Positions 38,412-48,000 of a stretch of 64,000 nucleotides of DNA are shown piece after piece. The notes under the pieces are model-generated. The model ran no database searches. It worked only from the letters and a program-made list of their open reading frames with translations, and was not told the origin of the DNA. Positions within the stretch are counted from its first letter, which is position 1, and each line of letters starts with the position of its first letter. This stretch comes from Deltaproteobacteria bacterium (GTDB taxonomy: Bacteria; Desulfobacterota; DSM-4660; Desulfatiglandales; HGW-15): contig JAFDEE010000016.1 in NCBI GenBank assembly GCA_019310525.1, forward strand, positions 3,394 through 67,393, written 5' to 3'. Made by a program: the position numbers and the translations under genes.

Positions 38412-39938
38412 TCAAATCTTTTCTTTCCTTGCTACCGCGAAAAGATTCAGCCCCTGCTCCTCTTTCAACAATTCAATGCCTGCCCCGAAGGGGCTTTGAG
38501 CGAAAAGTTCCCTTAGCTCTTTTTCGGACCTGTAGAGCAGCCGCCAATGAAGAATGTGGTCCATGAAGGCCCGGTTGGGGTTCCGGGGGCCGAAATTTCC
38601 GATGATCAGGGTGCCGCCCGGCTTTAACTGGTGATAACAACGGGTGATAAGGGCCACGAACAGCCTCGGTTCAAGGTAGTCCGCAAGTCCCGCACAGTAA
38701 ATGATGTCCTGGGGACCGTAGTCGTGTCGGACCCTGCCCAGGGACCACCTGATGACGTTGTCGTTCATAAGGCGGATGGAGGCCTTGTGGGGGAAGGCGT
38801 CCACATGCCGGGATGTATACTCAAGGGCCTGGGGGTCGGCGTCTATACAGGTGGCTTCAATGTATTCAGAATCTTCATGATGGTGGCGGAGGAAATCAAA
38901 AAGTTCCCGGTTGGATCCGCAGGCAAGATTCATGACCTTCACCGGACGGCCGAGGGTGGCCGATCCGTGGCAAAGATCAGAGAGCAGGGTGCAGAGAAGT
39001 TTGCGTCGACCCCGGACGGCTCTGGCCGCGGCACTCTGAAGACACCAATCGTCCACAAGGACACCCAACTTGCCGTCCCCTTCAGGTTTATTTCTGTAAA
39101 TCCTCTCCATCATCTCAAAATCACCGGCATATCCCCTGGGTTTGAAGTAGGCCCTTTCGGCGAAACGGCTTCGCATGAAGTAGGGAAAGATTTCCTTGAA
39201 GATGTATCCCCATCCGTATTCGGAAATGCGGGGACCGTCCCACCGATCCATGGCGGCCTGGATTTGCTCGTTGAAACGATCAAGGACTCCGAAACATTCA
39301 TCCCGTAAAGGAGTGGGAATCCGCCCCCCCGAGTCTTCCTGGAGCCGATAGGATAGATCGTAGAAACGGGCCTTGAATTTTTCCACGACCCTGTTGACAA
39401 AGGGCCACTCGGGGCTCTGGAAAAAGGAATGTGGGATAGGGGTCGACTGTTGGAAATTTTTTCCCCCGGATGTCAGGGAGGCGGCATAAGCGGTCAGGGG
39501 TTCCCTCTCAGCCAGTATCCTCCGGAATTTCCCGCAGATATTTTGAGCAAGAAGGCCCAGAAAGTCACCGTAAAGGATCGGATCATTCCGCTGGATTTTG
39601 AGCAGGGTCCCTTGATCAAAGATTCGAATCAAGGATGGCTCAATGGCCCTTATATCCCTTACCCTGGAGGCCCCTTCGAAGAAGCCGATCTCACCGAAAA
39701 AATCACCCGCACCGATAAGGGCCACTACGATTTTGGTATCGCCGAGGGTATGGGAGACTTCCACAGACCCTTCCTGTACATAATAGAGGGAGTGGGATTG
39801 TTCCCCGCCTACGGTGATCTCATCGTCCTTGCCGTACCACGCCTCCGCGGCGTATGGCAGCAAGTTTTCGATAATATCGTTTCGGTTAGCCAGGCCCCAA
39901 CCCGCAGAAAGAGGAACGGCCGTTTCTACGCTGATCAT
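38412..39938 (-). CDS. cyclic-nucleotide-binding domain fused to class I SAM-dependent methyltransferase
   Basis: 508 aa. The N-terminal cNMP-binding fold has GDFFGEIGFFEGASRVRDIRA. The C-terminal half has a Rossmann MTase pattern (VMNLACGSNRELFDFL...DADPQALE...IYCAGLADYL...LKPGGTLIIGNF). Confidence 0.8.
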   Translation of the reverse strand: MISVETAVPLSAGWGLANRNDIIENLLPYAAEAWYGKDDEITVGGEQSHSLYYVQEGSVEVSHTLGDTKIVVALIGAGDFFGEIGFFEGASRVRDIRAIEPSLIRIFDQGTLLKIQRNDPILYGDFLGLLAQNICGKFRRILAEREPLTAYAASLTSGGKNFQQSTPIPHSFFQSPEWPFVNRVVEKFKARFYDLSYRLQEDSGGRIPTPLRDECFGVLDRFNEQIQAAMDRWDGPRISEYGWGYIFKEIFPYFMRSRFAERAYFKPRGYAGDFEMMERIYRNKPEGDGKLGVLVDDWCLQSAAARAVRGRRKLLCTLLSDLCHGSATLGRPVKVMNLACGSNRELFDFLRHHHEDSEYIEATCIDADPQALEYTSRHVDAFPHKASIRLMNDNVIRWSLGRVRHDYGPQDIIYCAGLADYLEPRLFVALITRCYHQLKPGGTLIIGNFGPRNPNRAFMDHILHWRLLYRSEKELRELFAQSPFGAGIELLKEEQGLNLFAVARKEKI

Positions 39939-40292
39939 TCCAATCTCCTTGCCCTGTTGGAGGATCCCAGTGACCGGAAGCGGTCTTTTTCAGGGATCTT
40001 CCCTTTTTATCGTGCCAGGTCCATCTCATTGATTTTTTGAGCAATTATCGTACCAAACCAGAAAAGGGGCAGGTTTTATCCCTATTTCTTCAAAAAAGAC
40101 AGGGGCGAGAGGCGAAAGAGGCTGCGGGGGTGGGGAATTTACGGCTGTAAGGACCGAAAAGATGCGTATTTTCCGTTGGTTGGTAAAAACAAGTAGACAC
40201 CGGAGTGGTCACAAAACCGTACACTTTGAAAACGGTTTATCTTCTTGTGGGACGGACCTAAGGAGGAATTCCTCAATAAAGGGAGACCTGTT

Positions 40293-41246
40293 TCATCCCC
40301 CGCCCATGCCTCTGGCTGGTGGGAAGGTGCTGTACCCCTTGGATTCGGGAATCCTGCAGTATGGGCGGGTCTTCCATCGCCGGTGAAACCAGAACCAGTG
40401 GTCGGGGTGCTTGCGGATATAATTTTCGATTACCTTGGTGAAACGGATGGTGGCCTCCTCCACGTCCCTGGTCTTGTCCCCGCTCTTGATCGGGGTGAGC
40501 TCGGGCTCGAATATGATTTTTATTCGTCCGTCACCCTGCCTCACGGAAAAGACCGGCACGACGGGGGCGCCGGTTTTTAGTGCCAAGCGGGCCAGTCCCT
40601 TGTTGGTGCAAGCCCTTCGGCCGAGAAAATCCACGAAGACACCTTCATACCAGTCCACGTTTTGGTCCAGGAGAATCCCTACGTTTTTTTTCTCCTTGAT
40701 GGCCTTAAGCACCTGCCTCATGGCCTTTCGTTTGGGGATGATCTCGGTCCCGAAGCGGGTCCGGATCTCACTGATCAGGCGGTCAAGAGGAGCGAAGTCG
40801 ATGGGCCTGACCACGATGGCGAGACGGGGGAAGAGAAGGGTGACGGCCGCCGACATCATTTCCCAATTTCCGAAATGGGCTGTGAGGAGGAAACATCCTT
40901 TTCCTTTGGCAAGCACCCTTTCAAGAATCTCCTTTCCCTCGAAAAGCACGTAGCGATCCATGTTGGCGGGATTCATCCTGAGAATGTGGGGTACTTCGAA
41001 CAACATCTGCCCGAAATGGAGATAGACTTTTCGCAGGAGTTTTTTGGGGTTTTTCGCCCATTCGGTCCCGGGAAAGGCCCGGCGGATGTTTTCCAGGACG
41101 ATGGAGGTCCTGGATGTAGGCAGAATCGGGAAGAGGCGGCCCAATCCCTTGCCCAGCACCCTGCCGACGGGCAGGGGAATAAGGGCCATCCCATGGATCA
41201 ATATGGAGAGAAGCCTGTAAACTATCATCGTGGTTTTTCCCGGCAC
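40293..41246 (-). CDS. lipid A biosynthesis (Kdo2-lipid IVA) late acyltransferase, LpxL/HtrB family
   Basis: 317 aa. The GKGCFLLTAHFGNWEMM (HX4E-type acyltransferase) motif is typical of LpxL/LpxM-family enzymes. It is downstream of lpxK and waaA. The start may be GTG 41246 or ATG 41228. Confidence 0.8.
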   Translation of the reverse strand: MPGKTTMIVYRLLSILIHGMALIPLPVGRVLGKGLGRLFPILPTSRTSIVLENIRRAFPGTEWAKNPKKLLRKVYLHFGQMLFEVPHILRMNPANMDRYVLFEGKEILERVLAKGKGCFLLTAHFGNWEMMSAAVTLLFPRLAIVVRPIDFAPLDRLISEIRTRFGTEIIPKRKAMRQVLKAIKEKKNVGILLDQNVDWYEGVFVDFLGRRACTNKGLARLALKTGAPVVPVFSVRQGDGRIKIIFEPELTPIKSGDKTRDVEEATIRFTKVIENYIRKHPDHWFWFHRRWKTRPYCRIPESKGYSTFPPARGMGGG

Positions 41247-41277
41247 GCAGGATATTTAATCAATATGAGAGATTTGA

Positions 41278-42378
41278 TCAAGAGGATGTCTCGGCCCGGG
41301 CACTTTTTTCAACGGCCTCTTCCATCATGTGGAAGAAGTCCTGAGTGGGAGATAGGTCAAAGGCGATCCTCAGGAATGCAAGATCCGGGATCCCGGAAAC
41401 GATGTCCTTGATCCTTACCCAGTCCTTTTCGGTGGTTACGAGGTATTGCGCCCCGGATTCTTCCTTTAGACGGAGGAGGTGCCGGATCTCCCCAGGGTTG
41501 AATGGATGATGATCCGCGAATACGCTGAAGGAGACCGGTATAGCCCCCAGACCTGAGAGGGTATCAAGGAAAGTCTCGGGACGGGCGATACCCGCGAATG
41601 CGGCGATTCGTTTGCCCTTGAGAAAATCCAGCCCGCAGGTCCTCCCCTCACGCGGAAAGTGGATGGCCTCTGGCACATGGCGGCCCTTGAAAAGAGGAAT
41701 GCGGGGAAATCGGGAGTTAAAGAAATTTTCGATGGGAGATAAATCTTTCACCCGGTCTGAACGGGTCAGGATGAAGGCATCCGCCCTTTCCAGGTGCCCG
41801 ACGGGTTCCCTCAAGGGTCCCCGGGGAAGAAGATGGCCGTTTCCGAAAGGGTGCTCCGCATCGAGCAATACCAGGTCCAGGTCACGGTGAAGGTTAAGGT
41901 GCTGGAACCCGTCGTCCAGGAGAAAGAAATCAGTGCCGAATTTTTCGTGGGCGAGCATCCCTGCCCGGAATCGATCCTTTGAAACGATTACGGGGATCCC
42001 CTTGAGGCGGCTGGCAAGGAGAAAGGGCTCGTCTCCGGATTCCCGGGGATCCGCCAGGAGGCCTTTTCCAGGGTCTGATACTACCAAGACCCCGTTTTGA
42101 TATCGACCCCCGTATCCCCTGGATAGAACAGCAACCCGGTGACCACGTGCGGCCGCCCACCGGGCAAGCATGAGCACGGCGGGCGTCTTGCCCGTCCCCC
42201 CGGTGGTGAGATTGCCTACGCTCGCCACGAATCCTGGAAGAATCTTTTTCTTTTTCCTCCCTATGGCCCCCATGTGGATTTTCGCCCCAAGTCCGTAGAT
42301 CATGGACAGGGGAGCCAGGACCAGGTTCCAGGTGGGGGGGGGTGATGTCCCGTGGATTTTGGACCAGTTCCATTTCAT
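41278..42378 (-). CDS. lpxK: tetraacyldisaccharide 4'-kinase
   Basis: P-loop VGNLTTGGTGKTP is typical of LpxK. The ATG at 42378 forms an ATGA overlap with the waaA stop. Confidence 0.9.
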   Translation of the reverse strand: MKWNWSKIHGTSPPPTWNLVLAPLSMIYGLGAKIHMGAIGRKKKKILPGFVASVGNLTTGGTGKTPAVLMLARWAAARGHRVAVLSRGYGGRYQNGVLVVSDPGKGLLADPRESGDEPFLLASRLKGIPVIVSKDRFRAGMLAHEKFGTDFFLLDDGFQHLNLHRDLDLVLLDAEHPFGNGHLLPRGPLREPVGHLERADAFILTRSDRVKDLSPIENFFNSRFPRIPLFKGRHVPEAIHFPREGRTCGLDFLKGKRIAAFAGIARPETFLDTLSGLGAIPVSFSVFADHHPFNPGEIRHLLRLKEESGAQYLVTTEKDWVRIKDIVSGIPDLAFLRIAFDLSPTQDFFHMMEEAVEKSARAETSS

Positions 42379-43631
42379 GACAGGCAACGATCCACATGTT
42401 TAAGCACCCGAGAGAGGGCGCCCTGGTTTGCAACGACGAACTTTTTCGCCTTTCTCCCCATGGCATCCCGTTTCGCGGGATCGCCCAGGAGGGTCCGCAG
42501 GGCGTCGGAGAGGCCTTGTTGCTCCCCAACCCTTATGCCCCCTCCTGCCTCCACCAGGTTCCTGGACATGAGGTCGAAATTGAAGGTGTGGGGCCCGAAA
42601 AGGACAGGTGTCCCGAAGCTTGCAGGCTCAAGGAGATTGTGTCCCCCGATGGGAACCAGGCTCCCTCCCACGAAGCTGACCGATCCGATCCCGTATATCC
42701 TTCCGAGTTCACCGAGGGTGTCGAGAATCATCACGTCATAGGAGGACCCTCCCTTTGATTCGCATCGGCTTCTCAGGACCGCCGAGAGTCCCATCTCGAG
42801 CGCTCCTTGATAAACTTCGCCGCTCCGCTCGATTCTCCGGGGGGCGAGGACCATCTTGAGTCCCGGGAAGTCGGATCGGATTTCCAGGAAAACCCGGAAA
42901 AGGATCTCCTCTTCTCCCTCGTGGGTGCTGCCCGCCACCCACACCCTCTCACCCGCCTCGAGTCCCAGGAGGTTGCGCCAGTGTTCCATTTCTTCTTTTT
43001 CCATGGGTTTCCAGTCCCGGTCGAACTTGATGTTCCCCGCCGTGAACACCTTGTCGGGCCTCACGCCGATCTCCAGGAGTCTTCTGGTGTCCAGATCCGT
43101 CTGCATGAGACACCCGTCCAGGGTGTTTAGAAGAGAACAAGCGAGGTGGCGGAACCTCTTGTATCCGTGGAAGGTCCGGGGGGAAATTCGGCCGTTTACG
43201 AGAAGGCTCGGGACCCCCCTTTTTTTGAGGGCGCGGAGGAGTCCGGGCCAGAGATCGGTCTCAACGAGAAGAAAGAGGGCCGGCTGGAGGATGTGGATCA
43301 CCCGCCTCATGGACCACCAGAAATCCAGGGGCATGAAAAAAAGGGTGTTCACCTTCCCCGCCAAAGATTCCCGGGCGATCTCCATCCCCTGGCGGGTGGA
43401 TACGGAGAAGGCGATAGGCCGGTTGGGATATGCCCGAACCAGGGCCTTTACAAGGGGCTGGGCGGAGATGACTTCTCCTACGGAGAGGGCGTGGATCCAA
43501 AGGGTCCCTTCTCGCGGGAGACAAGGTGTCGGGTTGGGAAGCAGCCTTTCCCTGAGTCGCGAATCCCCCTTGAACAGGAGGGGGGAGGCGGGAAGCAGCA
43601 GTAAGGTCCAGAGGAGATGATAAAAAAACAA
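42375..43631 (-). CDS. waaA: 3-deoxy-D-manno-octulosonic acid (Kdo) transferase
   Basis: 418 aa. N-terminal WIHALSVGEV and C-terminal FVGGSLVPIGGHNLLEPA motifs are typical of WaaA/KdtA. Confidence 0.9.
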   Translation of the reverse strand: MFFYHLLWTLLLLPASPLLFKGDSRLRERLLPNPTPCLPREGTLWIHALSVGEVISAQPLVKALVRAYPNRPIAFSVSTRQGMEIARESLAGKVNTLFFMPLDFWWSMRRVIHILQPALFLLVETDLWPGLLRALKKRGVPSLLVNGRISPRTFHGYKRFRHLACSLLNTLDGCLMQTDLDTRRLLEIGVRPDKVFTAGNIKFDRDWKPMEKEEMEHWRNLLGLEAGERVWVAGSTHEGEEEILFRVFLEIRSDFPGLKMVLAPRRIERSGEVYQGALEMGLSAVLRSRCESKGGSSYDVMILDTLGELGRIYGIGSVSFVGGSLVPIGGHNLLEPASFGTPVLFGPHTFNFDLMSRNLVEAGGGIRVGEQQGLSDALRTLLGDPAKRDAMGRKAKKFVVANQGALSRVLKHVDRCLS

Positions 43632-43655
43632 GCCTATACCCTCCCAAATTCCGTA

Positions 43656-45887
43656 CTAGGTCTTTACAGGGAGTTCGATTATGAACCGTGTACCCCGCGG
43701 CGTGTTGCCCTGGACCCGGATCGAACCCCCGTGGTCGCTGATGATGGTGTTGATGATGGTCAGCCCCAGGCCGGTGCCGTGCCGTTTGGTGGAAAAGTAA
43801 GGTTCGAAGAGCCTGATCTTGTGCTCGGGAGAGATCCCCCGGCCGTTGTCTGCCACCACGAGCCTGACCACCCCCTGTTCTTCCTCGTATGCGAGTTCCA
43901 CGGTGATTTCTCCTCCCCCGTCTATGGCGTCCAAGGCGTTGTCCAGCAGGTTGATCATGACCCTCTTCATTTGTTCCTTGTCCAGCTTGAACTCGGGAAC
44001 TTCAGGACACTCGGTGAAGCGGATCGTGACATCCCGCTGGACATCCTTGTAAAGTCCCACGGCTTCACGAATGACGCTGTTGAGATTGTTGGGGGTGGGA
44101 TGGGATGCCGGCATCCGGGCGAAACTTGAAAATTCGTTCACCAGTCTTTTGAGTTCTTCCACCTGGTTGATGATCATGCTGGTGCACTCCTCGAAGATCT
44201 TGCTCTCTTCAGGGCCCACCTTATCGCCATAACGTCTCTTGAGCCTCTGGGCCGAGAGCTGGATCGGGGTAAGGGGATTCTTGACCTCGTGGGCGATGCG
44301 TCTGGCCACCTCACGCCAGGCCGCCATCCGATGGGCCCTTTCGATCTCGGTAAGGTCTTCGAAGACGGCCACCAGTCCCAGGTATCTGCCCTGATCGTCC
44401 CGGAGGACGTTAAGGGAGACAAGAAGGATGAGGGTCTTTTCTCCAACGGTGATCCGGGCTTGCCGTTCCACGGATCCTTTTCGGAAAAGACGCTTGTCGG
44501 TCAAAAATTCCTCGATGATCCTGAACTGATCTAACGGCAACACATCCCTGTAATTTTTGCCGATGATCTCATTGGCCCGGATGTTCAGCATCCGCTCGGC
44601 GGACTTGTTGATGGTGAGGATATTACCCTGGGCGTCGGCCGATATGACACCTGCAGCCACGTTGGCCAGGACGATCTCCATATAGAGGCGCCGCTGCTCG
44701 AGTTGGATGTTGCTCCTGACCAGCTCCGCGTTTGCCTCCTCAAGTTGCTGCTTGCTGTTTTTGAGGTCCTGGGTCATTCGGTTGAAGGAGTTGACAAGGA
44801 TCCCGATCTCATCTCCGGACTCCAAATCGATGTAAAAATCGTAGTCCCCGGAGGCGATACGATTCGTCCCCTCTGCCAACTCCTGTATGGGAACGATGAT
44901 GCCCTTGGATAGAAAGAAGCCGAACCAGATTGAGGAGAAGATGATGAGCAGGGTGACGATGGTCAGAAGGATCATGTGGGTGACCTTGACCGGGGTCTTG
45001 AGCATCTTGAACTGTTTGTATTCTTCCAGGCCCTTGGCGATGGCATCCAGACGATTGGCGAAGGATCGGGGAATGAATTTTTCAAGGACCACCAAGCCAA
45101 CAACGGCCTTTGACTCTGTCCGGGAAAAGACGGGGACGATGCCGCTGATCAGTACGCCATGGGTGGAGGATTGAAAATCATGTCTTTCGGAGCCCGAGTT
45201 GAAGGCCTCTCTCAAGATATCCATCCCCGGATCCTTGAAAGAACCCAGGTTGATCCTCTCATCTATCGCCTGGGCCCGGAGTTTCATTTTCATGGAGTAG
45301 ACCTTGATCGCCGTCAGGCGGTATTCCAGACGTTTTTCCGCGATGAATTTTTTGAGTTCTTCCTTGCGTGAAATCAGCATGTAGCCGTGGTAGGTGATGA
45401 GTCGGCCGAGGTTGTTGCCGTATGAGAGAATCTCGTCAGTGACCTGGTCGTAATACTCCTGGCCTACTTCGAGGGAGATCTTGAGGGAACGCTCGATGGG
45501 AAGGTTGAACCAGTACTCGATGGAAGCGGAAATGAACTGAACCGAGACGAAAAAGAGAATAATGGTGGGCAGGAGGGAGAGGCTGACGAAGGCCATCACC
45601 AGCTTGGTCCGGAGCTTTGCCCCCATGATCCCCTTTTTTCTCTCAAAGAGGAGTTTTACGAGGTTCCTCGTGGTCAGGAACAGGAGCAGGAGAAGCAGGA
45701 TGACGTTGATGTCGATCAGGGCGAATATGAGGATGCTGTTGGGGATAGGGAGATCCAGCCCTAAGTCGAAAACGTTCCTCCCCAGATAGGTCAGGAGGAT
45801 GATGAGGACGGCAAGGGAGAGGATGATGTACCTTTCCCTGCGTCTTCTCCTGCGATCCTGTTTTTCAGCTTCTTGGTATGGTTTCAT
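43656..45887 (-). CDS. NtrY-like sensor histidine kinase (TM - HAMP - PAS - HisKA - HATPase_c)
   Basis: 743 aa with several N-terminal TM helices, HAMP (IVPIQELAEGTNRIASGDYDF), PAS, H-box RIAHEVKNPLTPIQLSAQRL and ATPase boxes. A DUF4390 gene is directly upstream, as is common for ntrY. No ntrX-like regulator is adjacent. Confidence 0.75.
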   Translation of the reverse strand: MKPYQEAEKQDRRRRRRERYIILSLAVLIILLTYLGRNVFDLGLDLPIPNSILIFALIDINVILLLLLLFLTTRNLVKLLFERKKGIMGAKLRTKLVMAFVSLSLLPTIILFFVSVQFISASIEYWFNLPIERSLKISLEVGQEYYDQVTDEILSYGNNLGRLITYHGYMLISRKEELKKFIAEKRLEYRLTAIKVYSMKMKLRAQAIDERINLGSFKDPGMDILREAFNSGSERHDFQSSTHGVLISGIVPVFSRTESKAVVGLVVLEKFIPRSFANRLDAIAKGLEEYKQFKMLKTPVKVTHMILLTIVTLLIIFSSIWFGFFLSKGIIVPIQELAEGTNRIASGDYDFYIDLESGDEIGILVNSFNRMTQDLKNSKQQLEEANAELVRSNIQLEQRRLYMEIVLANVAAGVISADAQGNILTINKSAERMLNIRANEIIGKNYRDVLPLDQFRIIEEFLTDKRLFRKGSVERQARITVGEKTLILLVSLNVLRDDQGRYLGLVAVFEDLTEIERAHRMAAWREVARRIAHEVKNPLTPIQLSAQRLKRRYGDKVGPEESKIFEECTSMIINQVEELKRLVNEFSSFARMPASHPTPNNLNSVIREAVGLYKDVQRDVTIRFTECPEVPEFKLDKEQMKRVMINLLDNALDAIDGGGEITVELAYEEEQGVVRLVVADNGRGISPEHKIRLFEPYFSTKRHGTGLGLTIINTIISDHGGSIRVQGNTPRGTRFIIELPVKT

Positions 45888-45892
45888 GGGAT

Positions 45893-46462
45893 TTAATACT
45901 GGAAGTCAATTTCATGCCAGTCGGTTTCGAAGTCCCAAAGAGAAAGGAAGAAAAGGAGATGGTGGAGGTAGAGGGGGAGTTTTATCCTGTCAAGCTGGGC
46001 CATCATCTTCAGCTTGTATTGCCTCCCCTTTTGCAATTGCTTCAAGGGGATCACTTTTAAGGCAACGACTTCTGCCATGAGTTTCTTCGCTTTGTCCCAA
46101 TCCCTGACGGTGAGGGTTCGGTCGCCCTGCTCTGCAAGCCTGATGGTGTAAACTTTTTTGATATTGTCGTATTTTACGGTGTGGTTGATTTCCAGGTCGA
46201 TGATTTTTCTGTCCCAGGCCCATTCTTTCTCTTCGTAGAGCCGGATATAAAAAGTGAAGGTCGTTTGGATCCCGTTTTCAATGGCCTGTTCCATTTCGGG
46301 AGTAAAGCATCCCTCCACCGCGAAGTAGACCAGGAGGTGATCCCGGGTATTGGTCAGCACGATATCTGAGAGGCGTGCCTCCTGTGCCTGGGACGGTGCC
46401 GGGAAGAAACACAGGAGGGCCAGGATTGCGAGGAGTTTGAAGACCGTTCTCGTCTTTTTCAT
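45893..46462 (-). CDS. DUF4390-like periplasmic protein
   Basis: Signal peptide MKKTRTVFKLLAILALLCFFPAPSQA (start 46462). The call rests on pattern and on position immediately upstream of the NtrY-like kinase. Confidence 0.55.
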   Translation of the reverse strand: MKKTRTVFKLLAILALLCFFPAPSQAQEARLSDIVLTNTRDHLLVYFAVEGCFTPEMEQAIENGIQTTFTFYIRLYEEKEWAWDRKIIDLEINHTVKYDNIKKVYTIRLAEQGDRTLTVRDWDKAKKLMAEVVALKVIPLKQLQKGRQYKLKMMAQLDRIKLPLYLHHLLFFLSLWDFETDWHEIDFQY

Positions 46463-46711
46463 GGTTTCAACGGTTATAAACGCTCCATGGAAGGGGGCCG
46501 GCGGCGGAAGCGTTTTATTATTTTGCACTTGAGGAATGGGCGAGGCGCCCTTGCCCGGTTGAATCCTTGAACCCTCAAGCTGTTTCGAAATTGAAATGGC
46601 CGATGATCTTATTCAGAAATTAAGATTGAGAAGTGATCATAGCGAAGAGAGGGGTGAAATGCAACACCCCTGGACCAGGGGGAGCGGCCGGTGTGAGTAG
46701 AAGAAATGATC

Positions 46712-47647
46712 TTAGGCAGGGACGGGTTCCGATGTGCCGAAAGCCGGAAGTTTCAACCTTTTCTGGACGTAAACACGGGGGTCTTCAAAAGCCATTTCTT
46801 CCCAGTATTTGCCCCGTTTGACAAGTTTCCTGATCAGGGCGTGATTGAGGGAATGGCCGGACCTTTCGATCACGAAGTGACCGATGACGGGAAAGCCGAG
46901 GATGGCGAGATCTCCAATGAAATCCAGGATTTTGTGCCTCACGAACTCGTCCTTGTACCTCAGGCCGTCCTCATTAAGGATTCTGAATTCATCAATGACG
47001 ATGGCATTGTCCAGTGAACCGCCCATGGCGAGTCCGTTTTCCCTCAGGACATTGATATCCTTTAAAAAACCGAAGGTCCTCGCACGGCTGATCTCCTGGA
47101 TGAAGTCCTTACCGGAAAAGGAGAGTTCGTAACTCTGGTTTCTCAGGAGAGGATGTTGAAAATCGATAGTATAGGATATCTTGAGTTCTTTGGAGGGGTG
47201 GATGGATACGTACTTTTTGCCATCCGAAAGGTGAAAGGGCTTCTTGATGACAAAGAAGCGTTTGGGTTTTTTTTGTTCCTTGATCCCTGCGCTCTTTAAA
47301 AGAAATACGAAGGGGGCGGCGCTTCCGTCCATAATAGGGACTTCAGGGCCTTCGACCTCCACCCTTGCGTTGTCGATACCGAGTCCGAAGAAGGCGGCCA
47401 TCAGGTGTTCAACGGTCGAAACCGTGAATCCATTGTTCCCGATGGTGGTGGAGAGGTTGGTGTCAACGACGTTTTGAAAGCGGGCTGGAATCTCGGGGTT
47501 CCCATCAAGATCCTTGCGGATGAAGGATATCCCGCTGTCCGGGGGGGCGGGCTTGATTGTCAAGCTGACCTTTTCGCCGGAGTGCAATCCGATCCCTTCA
47601 CAACTGGCTTCCTCTCTTAACGTCCGCTGCCTGTAATCCACGCTCAT
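46712..47647 (-). CDS. lpxC: UDP-3-O-acyl-N-acetylglucosamine deacetylase
   Basis: 311 aa. RQRTLREEASCEGIGLHSGEKVSLTIKPAPPDSGI, TVEHLMAA and HALI motifs are typical of LpxC. Confidence 0.93.
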   Translation of the reverse strand: MSVDYRQRTLREEASCEGIGLHSGEKVSLTIKPAPPDSGISFIRKDLDGNPEIPARFQNVVDTNLSTTIGNNGFTVSTVEHLMAAFFGLGIDNARVEVEGPEVPIMDGSAAPFVFLLKSAGIKEQKKPKRFFVIKKPFHLSDGKKYVSIHPSKELKISYTIDFQHPLLRNQSYELSFSGKDFIQEISRARTFGFLKDINVLRENGLAMGGSLDNAIVIDEFRILNEDGLRYKDEFVRHKILDFIGDLAILGFPVIGHFVIERSGHSLNHALIRKLVKRGKYWEEMAFEDPRVYVQKRLKLPAFGTSEPVPA

Positions 47648-47823
47648 CTCCTATCTTTGAAAAGGGTTCCCCTCATGGACAGCCTCCTGGAGAGCAAGGA
47701 ATATGCCAGGAACCAAAGGAATTACGAAAAGATAACGACTTGATAGAACTGATTGATTATAAAATAGAAATACGTTCTGATTCTTTTTTTGGTCCGTTGT
47801 GGAGGATGCGGCAGCCCGAGATG

Positions 47824-47841
47824 TGTGGTAAATTTACCACA
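47824..47841. promoter_or_regulatory. 18-bp perfect palindrome TGTGGTAAATTTACCACA (candidate operator)
   Basis: Read directly from the sequence. It lies in the lpxC / CMD-family divergent intergenic region, 160 bp upstream of the preferred CMD start. Confidence 0.3.
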
Positions 47842-48000
47842 GTGCTGAGGTAAGAATACAACAACTCTCCTCTGCTCCGGAGGGAAAAGGGATAGGCCCG
47901 GTCGTACCCCTTGACAAAGGTTTTTGGATCGGCCAAAAGACTGGCATGGGTATGGCGTTACCTGCAAGAGATCGGCCCTGTGAATAGGAGGAAATCGCCC

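Noticed and set aside
40214-40238. Hairpin AAACCGT-N11-ACGGTTT downstream of the LpxL-like gene (minus strand), followed by UUUUGUG
   Set aside because: The stem is only 7 bp and largely A-U, with an 11-nt loop. It is too weak to call a terminator with confidence.
46653-46672. Hairpin GGGGTG-N8-CACCCC downstream of lpxC (minus strand)
   Set aside because: The stem is short, and on the minus strand it is followed by UCUCUUCG rather than a clear U-run. It may be a weak terminator, but this is not supportable.
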